Shown: one piece after another, positions 1 to 9,036 of the stretch
How the letters are laid out: the number at the start of each line of letters is the position of its first letter
Numbering within the stretch: position 1 is the first letter of the stretch
Assembly: GCA_046758745.1 (NCBI GenBank)
Contig: JBHIAV010000025.1
Location: forward strand, 1-42,877
DNA length: 42,877 nt
Source of the DNA: Gemmatimonadota bacterium
Lineage (GTDB): Bacteria; Gemmatimonadota; Gemmatimonadetes; Palauibacterales; Palauibacteraceae
Reading direction: 5' to 3'
Notes under the pieces: model-generated
Told to the model about the DNA's origin: nothing
The model's input: the letters and a program-made list of their open reading frames with translations, nothing else
The model's database searches: none
Made by a program: the position numbers and the translations under genes

Positions 1-1
1 C

Positions 2-391
2 GAGAAACACGTTCGCTACGCCGCCATGCAACCTATTTTCTGCTCCCCGTAGTATCTCCTGTGAGGTGAGCACGACAGGCAGGCGCTTGGGCGTTTTGGC
101 CCGTACGATGCGGCTCGGGTACTCGACCTCGATGCCGAGGACCTCCCGATAGAGGAAGAGGAGGGCGCTCGCCGCCTGGTTCTGTGTGGAGGCCGCCACG
201 CGGCGGCGCGCGGCGAGGTAGGTGAGGAACGCGCGGATCTCGGACGCGCCCATCTGACCAGGATGCCGTTCACCGTGGAACCGCACGAAGCGGCGGATCC
301 AACTCACGTACGCTTCTTCTGTGCGAAGGCTCAGATGGCGGGCCCGGATCTCCCGGTGCACCTGGTCGAGAAGTGTGCCTCTCGGCGGCAT
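2..391 (-). CDS. intI: Integron integrase (IntI-like tyrosine recombinase), N-terminal SAM-like domain; partial, runs off the window and is probably interrupted near position 55
   Basis: Hand translation from the ATG at 391: MPPRGTLLDQVHREIRARHLSLRTEEAYVSWIRRFVRFHGERHPGQMGASEIRAFLTYLAARRRVAASTQNQAASALLFLYREVLGIEVEYPSRIVRAKTPKRLPVVLTSQEI. It carries the hallmark IntI motifs (SLRTEEAY..WIRRF..FH..RHP, STQNQA..ALLFLY, PKRLPVVLT). Absent from the ORF track, presumably because there is no stop codon inside the window. Confidence 0.85.
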   Translation of the reverse strand, partial: MPPRGTLLDQVHREIRARHLSLRTEEAYVSWIRRFVRFHGERHPGQMGASEIRAFLTYLAARRRVAASTQNQAASALLFLYREVLGIEVEYPSRIVRAKTPKRLPVVLTSQEILRGAENRLHGGVANVFL

Positions 392-442
392 GACGTCGGG
401 AGGTTGCGAGCTGCCGTCAACACAGCCGCAACAGAGCTGGCC

Positions 443-472
443 AAACAGAAAGGCCCGGCGCTCGGCCGGGCC
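443..472 (-). terminator. Rho-independent terminator downstream of groEL
   Basis: Stem GGCCCGGC (452-459) / GCCGGGCC (465-472), followed on the minus strand by TTTCTGTTT. Confidence 0.7.
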
Positions 473-598
473 CCTCGTAGAGTGACTCGTTCGGACCCTC
501 TCGGGGCCCGGCGCGGGTCTCGGAGCGATCCTGGCTCGCGAAGCGAGGTTCGAGATCGCGGAGAGACCTGTGCCGGCCCCTCGAGGTGCGTCGGGCGT

Positions 599-2227
<1,629 letters not shown>

Positions 2228-2337
2228 CGCTTCTGTCTCCTGTCTTCGGTTTAGCCTCGCGGCTCGTACGCGTTCACGTCATCGCTCGATCAGGCGTCGC
2301 GGCTGGACGACCGCCGAGTCGAAGGCGACCCCACGGC

Positions 2338-2649
2338 TCAGCCGATCACCGCCAGGACGTCGCTCTCCTTGACGATCAGCAATTCGGTACCGTCGAGCGA
2401 CACCTCGGTGCCGGAATACTTCCCGTACAGCACGCGGTCGCCGATCTTGAGCTCGACGGGGATCAGCTCTCCGTCGTCTGTGCGCCGGCCGGGGCCTACC
2501 GCGATGACCTTCCCCTGCTGGGGCTTCTCTTTGGCCGTGTCCGGGATGTAGAGACCGCCGCGCATCTCCTCGGTCTCCTCGATGGGTTCGACGACGATCC
2601 GGTCGGCCAGGGGGTGGATCTTGACCTTCGTCTTCTCAGCGGTGGCCAT
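2338..2649 (-). CDS. groES: Co-chaperonin GroES (Cpn10)
   Basis: [34 protein letters not shown]; directly upstream of groEL; AGGAGGA RBS. Confidence 0.99.
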   Translation of the reverse strand: MATAEKTKVKIHPLADRIVVEPIEETEEMRGGLYIPDTAKEKPQQGKVIAVGPGRRTDDGELIPVELKIGDRVLYGKYSGTEVSLDGTELLIVKESDVLAVIG

Positions 2650-2708
2650 ATCTCACGTCCTCCTACCTTAGGTGGTGTAGCTCGGGCGTGTTTCGAAAGC
2701 CGCAGCCG

Positions 2709-2735
2709 CTAGCACTCTCCCATAACGAGTGCTAA
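2709..2735 (-). promoter_or_regulatory. CIRCE element (HrcA operator)
   Basis: Minus strand reads TTAGCACTC-GTTATGGGA-GAGTGCTAG, one mismatch from TTAGCACTC-N9-GAGTGCTAA, 60 bp upstream of groES. Confidence 0.95.
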
Positions 2736-2745
2736 CAGCGCCCGC

Positions 2746-2773
2746 AAGATAGGGCTCCGTGCGGGAATGTCAA
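2746..2773 (-). promoter_or_regulatory. Sigma70-type promoter of groESL
   Basis: Minus strand TTGACA (2773-2768), 16-nt spacer, TATCTT (2751-2746), immediately upstream of CIRCE. Confidence 0.7.
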
Positions 2774-3155
2774 CCCCGCGGCCGACCGCTGGGCAGCATG
2801 GGCGTTACCATATCGTAACAATAAGATTCTAAATCAGATGTGGCGGACCGTGTTCGGACGTCGGCCTTGCTGATCTCTCCGGCCGGGAGGGATCCGCGCG
2901 GTGCCGGAGGCCGTTTGGCCGCCAGTTCGTGGCGCGGAGGCCGCTCGCCAGCCCGCCCGGAGCGCAGCCCCACCGCCGCGCCCGAGTCCGCGGCGGGCAG
3001 GGCAGGCCCGCGGCCTCGGCCCCCCGCCCGACGCCGTGAAACCCGGAGCGGCCCCGGCCCGTAGACTGGAGCGGAAGGCGAAGCTAGACTCCGGCTGTGG
3101 CCGGGATTCTCGATTGCCCCGGACCGCGCGGCGGCGCGTAGCAAAAGTGGAGGTC

Positions 3156-3359
3156 ATGATGATTCGCTCGATCCTGTCCCTCGTCGTGATCGGTCTTCTC
3201 GGCATGATGGTGATCAGCGCGATCTTCGGGCTCCTCATCCCTCTGATCGCTCTGGCCATCAAGGTCGCCCTGGTGCTTCTCTTCGGGTACTTGATCCTGA
3301 GGCTGATCAGTCCGAAGAAGGCGGAGGAGGTGCGGTCCCGGCTGCGGCGGGTGAAGTAA
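3156..3359 (+). CDS. Small hypothetical membrane protein (67 aa, about two TM helices, basic tail)
   Basis: GGAGG RBS at 3149-3153, then ATG; MMIRSILSLVVIGLLGMMVISAIFGLLIPLIALAIKVALVLLFGYLILRLISPKKAEEVRSRLRRVK. Confidence 0.75.
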   Translation: MMIRSILSLVVIGLLGMMVISAIFGLLIPLIALAIKVALVLLFGYLILRLISPKKAEEVRSRLRRVK

Positions 3360-3372
3360 GAGGCGAGACGTC

Positions 3373-3406
3373 GGCGGCCCGGAACCTCTCGGGCCGCCTC
3401 CTGTTT
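3373..3406 (+). terminator. Putative terminator hairpin after the small membrane protein
   Basis: GGCGGCCCG / CGGGCCGCC 9-bp stem followed by TCCTGTTT, between convergent genes. Confidence 0.5.
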
Positions 3407-3474
3407 GGCCGCCGCACGGTCGAGACGGCCCCAACCCGGCGGTGCTCCTATCGAGCGCCGCCGCTTTCTCTTGC

Positions 3475-4254
3475 CTATCGGCCCTCCGGATGGAGATGCC
3501 GGTCCGCGCACGCCAGGCCGGTCAGGGTGAGGAACGGCTCGACGCGGTGCACGGTGCGGCAGTGAGGGGCCACCAGGTCGGCCAGGCCGCCGGTGGCGAT
3601 GACGAGCGGATCGGCCGGCTTCCACTCCTCGAGGATGCGGCTCACGATGCCGTCTATCGCATCCACGATCGAGTAGAAGACGCCCGAGTCGAGGCAGCTC
3701 ACGGTCCGCCGGCCGATGACCTTCTCGGGCACGCGGATCTGCACGGAAGGGAGGTGGGTCGCAACCTGCGCCAAGCGGTCGATCCCGGCCCGCGGTCCGG
3801 GGGCGATCACGCCCCCGAGGAAGACGCCGTCCGCCGTGATGCAGTCGAACGTGGTCGCCGTGCCGAGGTCGACGACGACCGTGTTGCGGGCGTACAGCTC
3901 CTTCGCGGCGAGAGTGTTCGCGATGCGGTCCGCCCCGACGGACGCCGGGTCCTCCACGTCCAGCCGGACGGGCAACGGCGTGCTTCCATCGATGCGGAGG
4001 AGGGGAATCTCGAGCACGCCGAGGGCGTGCTCCCACAGCCGGTCCATCACCGGCACTACGGACGCGATCAGCGCCCGGCGGATCGGCCCATCGCTGTCGG
4101 AACAGGCGCGCCGGAGCAAGGATTCCACGACGAGCGCCAGCTCATCGCCGGTGCGGTGGCGATCCGTGGCGAGACGCCAGCAGCGAAGCGCCTCGAGCCC
4201 TCGGTAGACGCCCAGCACCGTCTCCGTGTTCCCGATGTCCACTACGAGGATCAT
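3475..4254 (-). CDS. coaX: Type III pantothenate kinase
   Basis: Start reassigned to the ATG at 4254 (GAAGGAG RBS); VVDIGNT, VGADRIAN, VVDLGTATTFD, GGVIAPG, VIATGG motifs. Confidence 0.95.
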   Translation of the reverse strand: MILVVDIGNTETVLGVYRGLEALRCWRLATDRHRTGDELALVVESLLRRACSDSDGPIRRALIASVVPVMDRLWEHALGVLEIPLLRIDGSTPLPVRLDVEDPASVGADRIANTLAAKELYARNTVVVDLGTATTFDCITADGVFLGGVIAPGPRAGIDRLAQVATHLPSVQIRVPEKVIGRRTVSCLDSGVFYSIVDAIDGIVSRILEEWKPADPLVIATGGLADLVAPHCRTVHRVEPFLTLTGLACADRHLHPEGR

Positions 4255-4343
4255 CGCGCGCTCCTTCGGCGGCTCGCCGCCTCCGTGCCCGACGTTCTCC
4301 TCGCGCGGCCGCGTGTACGTCGCTGCGGCGGAGCCCGCTCGCC

Positions 4344-5153
4344 TCATCGCTCCGCCTCCACGTGCGCGCTTTTCACCCGCCTGAGCGCCCCGCGGTCGGG
4401 GCGGAAGAGGAGCGCGCCGTCCGGCGCGATGCCGACACAGATTCCGGACACGCCCACCTCGTCGCCCGGAGTGAAGACACGGGCCCGGCGGTCCCGCAGC
4501 CAGTCGTAGCGGTCCAGCGTCTCGAGAAGCGCCGGCGACAGACGCTCGGCCGGGCTCGCCAGCTCTGCCTCGAGCCCTTGGACCACGGCCTCGGCCACCG
4601 CGGCGAGCCGAACCTCCCGTCCGAGCGCTTCCTCGATCGAGATCGCACCCTTCCGGATGGTCGCCGGCACTTTCCCGGGCAGCGGCTTCACGTTCACCCC
4701 GACTCCTACCACCAGGTGCCGCAAGGATCGGTCGCTCCAGGTCGCCTCTGCGAGCACGCCCGCACACTTCCGGTCCCGGACGATGATGTCGTTCGGCCAC
4801 TTGATGGCGGGCTCGAGCGTCGGGAAGCACCGGTCCAGCTTGCCGACGATCCCCAGGCCGGCCAGGATCGGCAGGAGCGCCGGGTTGGAGAGGCGACTGG
4901 GCCGGAAGACCATGCTGAGGTAGACGCCGATCCGTGGAGGGGAGAGCCACGCGCGTCCCTTCTGCCCTTTCCCCTGCGTCTGTTCCCGGCAGAGCACGAT
5001 CGTTCCGCCCGGCGCACCGCGCTCCGCCAGATCCTTCGCGGCCGCGTTCGTGGAGTCGATCTTCCCGTACACATGGACATCCGTGCGCCCCCACCGCCGG
5101 GCGAGACCCTTCTTCGTCAGCCCGTCCCACCTGGCTACGGCGCGTCGCGTCAC
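4344..5153 (-). CDS. birA: Biotin--[acetyl-CoA-carboxylase] ligase (no N-terminal HTH evident)
   Basis: IDSTN, EQTQGKGQKGRAW.SP, IKWPNDI, RKCAGVL; likely GTG start at 5153 (start uncertain). Confidence 0.9.
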   Translation of the reverse strand: MTRRAVARWDGLTKKGLARRWGRTDVHVYGKIDSTNAAAKDLAERGAPGGTIVLCREQTQGKGQKGRAWLSPPRIGVYLSMVFRPSRLSNPALLPILAGLGIVGKLDRCFPTLEPAIKWPNDIIVRDRKCAGVLAEATWSDRSLRHLVVGVGVNVKPLPGKVPATIRKGAISIEEALGREVRLAAVAEAVVQGLEAELASPAERLSPALLETLDRYDWLRDRRARVFTPGDEVGVSGICVGIAPDGALLFRPDRGALRRVKSAHVEAER

Positions 5154-5235
5154 CGCAGCACGGGCAGGGAGAGGTGAAGCGCCGCCCGCGGCCCCCCTTC
5201 GTCCGGCCGTCCCGCCTGGCCACGGCACCTCCAAG

Positions 5236-6093
5236 TCATCCCGTCACCAGCAGGGTGAGGTCCAGGGCCGGAGCCGAGTGCGTGATCGCCCCGACCGAGA
5301 TGAGATCCACGCCTGTCTCGGCGATCGCGCGCACGGTCTCCAGAGTCACGCCTCCCGAGGCCTCTAGGAGGGGACGCGGTTCCGGCTCTGCGCGCACGCG
5401 TCGCACGGCACGGCGGAGCTCGGGGAGAGACATGTTATCGAGGAGGACGCGGTCGGCACCGATGCCGAGCACCTCCTCCAGCTCATCCAGCTTCGTTACC
5501 TCGATCTCGACCTCGATTCCCTCGGCCGCCGCCCGGGCGGCCGCCCGCTCGAGAGCCGGCCGCACCCCTCCGGCCGCCCGGATGTGGTTCTCCTTGATGA
5601 GGACCATGTCGAACAGACCGAAGCGGTGGTTGATGGCACCGCCCGCCGCCGCGGCCCGCTTCTCGAGCGCCCGCCAGCCGGGCGTGGTCTTGCGCGTGTC
5701 GACGATGCGGCAACCGGTCCCGGCCACCGCCTCCACGAAGCGGGAGGCGAGCGTCGCCACACCGGAGAGTCGGCCGAGAAAGTTGAGGGCCGTGCGCTCG
5801 GCGCCGAGGATGGAGCGAAGCGACCCGCCGACACGGAGGATGGCGTCCGAGGGGCGCACCCGGGCCCCATCCGTCGCGAGCGGCTCCGCCTCGAGATCGG
5901 GGTCGGCCTGCCGGAACGCCTCGACCGCGGCCTCCATTCCCGCCACGACGCCGTCCGCCTTCGCGACGATGGCTGCACTTCCCCTCAGGCCGGCGTCCAA
6001 CGTCCACAGGGAGGTCCGGTCCCCGTCCCCGAGGTCCTCGGCCAGCGCCGCCGCCACGAGGTCGGTGAGCGAGAGCGCTCCCCTTCCCCCCAT
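5236..6093 (-). CDS. nadC: Nicotinate-nucleotide diphosphorylase (quinolinate phosphoribosyltransferase)
   Basis: AERTALNFL, DTRKTTPG, NHRFGL.D.VLIKENH, LLDNM, EASGG, ISVGAITHSA; ATG at 6093. Confidence 0.96.
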   Translation of the reverse strand: MGGRGALSLTDLVAAALAEDLGDGDRTSLWTLDAGLRGSAAIVAKADGVVAGMEAAVEAFRQADPDLEAEPLATDGARVRPSDAILRVGGSLRSILGAERTALNFLGRLSGVATLASRFVEAVAGTGCRIVDTRKTTPGWRALEKRAAAAGGAINHRFGLFDMVLIKENHIRAAGGVRPALERAAARAAAEGIEVEIEVTKLDELEEVLGIGADRVLLDNMSLPELRRAVRRVRAEPEPRPLLEASGGVTLETVRAIAETGVDLISVGAITHSAPALDLTLLVTG

Positions 6094-6095
6094 GC

Positions 6096-6893
6096 TCAGC
6101 GGAGCCCGGGGACGAAGAGCGCGCCGGCGAGGTACGTGGCTCCCACGGCCCAGCAGTAGTAGCTGAACAGGTGGAAGCGCCGACGCCGAAGGAGCCCGAC
6201 GAAGACCCGGATCGCCAGCACCCCGGAGAGCAGAGCGGCCACAAAACCGGCCGCGAGGGAGAGGGGATGGATCGCCCCGACCGCCGTGCGGAACTCTCCG
6301 AGCTGCAGGATGCCCGCGCCCACGATGGCCGGGATGGATAGGAGGAAGGAGAACTCGGCCGCCCGCACCACCTCCACGCCGCGCCACGCTCCGGCCGCGA
6401 CGGTCGCCCCGGAGCGCGAGATGCCGGGGAGGATGGCCGCCGCCTGGGCGACCCCGATCCACACCGCCTGGCCCGCGCTCGGCTCCGGCTCGGAGGCCGC
6501 CGGTGCCGTTCGGCGAATCGTCCACACGATGGCCCCGGTGAGCAGGAGGAATGCGGCGACCACGAGTGGCTGCCCGAAGATCTCCTCGAAGAAGCTCTCG
6601 CCCAGCGCCCCGACGAGCCCGGCGGGTACCGAAGCGAGGAGCAGGAGCAGCACGTAGCGCCAGCTCGAGGCGTCGCGCGTCAGCGCTCCGTGGATCAGCG
6701 AGGCGAGGCGTGCACGGTAGACCCACACGACGGAGACGAGCGTTCCGAGATGCAGGATCACCTCGAAGAAGACACCCGGAAGCTCGAGCCCGAGCAGAGC
6801 CTGTCCAAGCACGAGATGCCCGCTGCTCGACACGGGAAGGAACTCGGTGAGCCCCTGGAGAATGCCGAGGAAGGTGGCCTGCCCGGGACTCAA
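6096..6893 (-). CDS. uppP: Undecaprenyl-diphosphate phosphatase
   Basis: GILQGLTEFLPVSSSGHL, PGISRSGAT, AEFSFLLSIPA; polytopic membrane protein. Confidence 0.96.
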   Translation of the reverse strand: MSPGQATFLGILQGLTEFLPVSSSGHLVLGQALLGLELPGVFFEVILHLGTLVSVVWVYRARLASLIHGALTRDASSWRYVLLLLLASVPAGLVGALGESFFEEIFGQPLVVAAFLLLTGAIVWTIRRTAPAASEPEPSAGQAVWIGVAQAAAILPGISRSGATVAAGAWRGVEVVRAAEFSFLLSIPAIVGAGILQLGEFRTAVGAIHPLSLAAGFVAALLSGVLAIRVFVGLLRRRRFHLFSYYCWAVGATYLAGALFVPGLR

Positions 6894-8053
6894 AGAAGGG
6901 TCCCATCAGCGGCGCGGACCGGGACGCCCGCCAGCACCTCCCGGTAGTACTCCTCGTACAGAGGCACGACCCGATCGGCGGAGAACAACTCGACCGCGCG
7001 GGCGCGGGCGGCGACGGATGCGGCGTGCCAGCGTTTCTCATCGGCGAGAAGCCCGACGGCGCTCTCGGCCATCCCCTCCACCGCCCCGACGGGATGGAGG
7101 TGACCCGTGATGCCATCCTCGACCACCTCGGCCAGGCCGCTCCCCGACGTGCCCACAACGGGGACTCCGCTCGCCATCGCCTCGAGCGCCACGAGACCGA
7201 AGGACTCCTGCTCGCTGGGGAGGAGGAAGAGGTCGGCGGACGCCAGCAGCTCCGCGACGGACTCCAGCTTGCCGAGGAAGATCACGCGGTCCCGCAGTCC
7301 GAGCGACTCAACCATCTCCCTGGCGAACACGCGCTCCGGCCCGTCCCCCACGAATATGAGCCGGGCACGGATCGATTTGGCGATCCCCGAAAAGATCCGC
7401 ACCACATCGCCTACTCTCTTGACCTTGCGGAAGTTCGAGATGTGCATGACCAGCTTCTCGTCTCCGGGCGCCAGCGCCCTTCGGCGGCCCTGGTAGCGGT
7501 CGCGGTCATACACGTGCACGTCGATGAAATTCGGGATGACACGGATCTCGCAGCGCGAGCACTCGAACGCCAGGTAGGTCTCCCTCCGCAGATAGTCGGA
7601 GACGGCCGTGAGGCCGTGCGAGCGTTCGATCGAGAACTTGGTGATGGACCAGAAGGCCGGGTCCTGCCCGACCAGCGTGATGTCCGTGCCGTGTAGCGTG
7701 GTCACGAGCTTCACGTCGCGCGACTCCGCCCGCAGCATTTCGCGCGCGATCCACCCGCACGTGGCGTGCGGGATCGCGTAATGCACGTGCAGGAGATCGA
7801 GCTCGTGCTGCCTCGCCACCTCATGCATCGACACGGCGAGGGCGAGGGAGTACGGCGTGTGCTCGAAGAGCGGGTAGGACAGCATCTCCACCTCGTGAAA
7901 GAAGACCCGCTCGCGGAAACCGGGGAGCCGGAAGGGCTGGGCGTACGAGATGAAATGAATCTCGTGACCCCTTTCGGCGAGCTGGAGACCAAGCTCGGTC
8001 GCCACCGCGCCGGAGCCCCCGTAGGTCGGGTAGCAGGTGATTCCGATTCTCAT
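6890..8053 (-). CDS. bshA: N-acetyl-alpha-D-glucosaminyl L-malate synthase (bacillithiol biosynthesis, GT4)
   Basis: MRIGITCYPTYGGSG, LLHVHYAIPHA, TTLHGTDITLVG, HISNFRKVKR, ESFGLVALEAM; ATG at 8053. Confidence 0.93.
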   Translation of the reverse strand: MRIGITCYPTYGGSGAVATELGLQLAERGHEIHFISYAQPFRLPGFRERVFFHEVEMLSYPLFEHTPYSLALAVSMHEVARQHELDLLHVHYAIPHATCGWIAREMLRAESRDVKLVTTLHGTDITLVGQDPAFWSITKFSIERSHGLTAVSDYLRRETYLAFECSRCEIRVIPNFIDVHVYDRDRYQGRRRALAPGDEKLVMHISNFRKVKRVGDVVRIFSGIAKSIRARLIFVGDGPERVFAREMVESLGLRDRVIFLGKLESVAELLASADLFLLPSEQESFGLVALEAMASGVPVVGTSGSGLAEVVEDGITGHLHPVGAVEGMAESAVGLLADEKRWHAASVAARARAVELFSADRVVPLYEEYYREVLAGVPVRAADGTLL

Positions 8054-9036
8054 CCTCTTCGACCCCCCGTGGCATGCTCGGCCACCCTCTCGCCGTCTCC
8101 CCTCCATGCCGCGGCAATCCGTTCGGCAAGTTGAGCGACCGGCTGGCGCGCGTCCAGCCGGACGGCCCCCGCGGGTAGCTGATGCCGGAACCAGGTGCGC
8201 TGCCGCCGGGCGTACTGCCAGCTGTCTCGGAAGATCGCCGCCATGGCCTCGGTGCGGGTCAGCTCGCCGCGCACCAGGGACACGACGTGCCGGTACCCGA
8301 CCGCGCTGAGCCCGGGAGCGCGCTCGTCGTGACCGGACCGGAGCAGCGCCCCCACCTCGTCTTCCCACCCCGACTCGAGGAGCTCCGCTACCCGGTCCTC
8401 GATTCTGCGGCGGTTTTCATCGGCGGGAAGCTGGAGCACGTACACGCGCGCCGCGAGCGGTTTCTCTTGCGACGGCGCGAACTCGTGCCACCACGAGAGG
8501 GGCCGCCCGGTGAGGAAGGCGACTTCCAGCGCGCGGGCTGCCCGCTGGCGGTCGATCGTCCCCAACTGACGGGCCAGGCGGTCATCGATGCGCCGGACCC
8601 AGTCGGCGAGAGAGCCGACCGGGCGAGCGGCGAGCCAGGTGCGGAGCCGCTCCCGACGTGCCTCGTCCAGCTCCGGCTCCCGGAAGATCGGCGCTAGGAG
8701 GGCCCCGAGGAAGAAGCCGGTGCCCCCAACGAGGATCGGCACCGCTCCGCGCCCCTCGATCTCCGCGATCCACCCCCGGGCCAGGCGGGCGAAGCGGCCA
8801 GCGCTGTAACGCTCGGACGGCTCGAGGAACGCGACCCCGTGGTGTCGCACGGCGGACCGCTCCTCCAACGTGGGCGCCACGGTGCCGATCTCCATCCCGC
8901 GGTACGCCTGCCGGCTGTCCACCGAGATGATCTCTCCCCCGATCCGGCGCGCCACCTCCACCGCCACCGCGGACTTTCCCGTCCCGGTGGGGCCGACGAT
9001 GGCGAGGACGTCCGGGCTGGCCGCTCCCACCGTCAC
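8050..9036 (-). CDS. miaA: tRNA dimethylallyltransferase
   Basis: GPTGTGKS P-loop, DSRQAYRGMEIGT, VGGTG, AVGY, QYARRQRTWF; GTG start overlapping the mutL stop (GTGA). Confidence 0.95.
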   Translation of the reverse strand: MTVGAASPDVLAIVGPTGTGKSAVAVEVARRIGGEIISVDSRQAYRGMEIGTVAPTLEERSAVRHHGVAFLEPSERYSAGRFARLARGWIAEIEGRGAVPILVGGTGFFLGALLAPIFREPELDEARRERLRTWLAARPVGSLADWVRRIDDRLARQLGTIDRQRAARALEVAFLTGRPLSWWHEFAPSQEKPLAARVYVLQLPADENRRRIEDRVAELLESGWEDEVGALLRSGHDERAPGLSAVGYRHVVSLVRGELTRTEAMAAIFRDSWQYARRQRTWFRHQLPAGAVRLDARQPVAQLAERIAAAWRGDGERVAEHATGGRRG

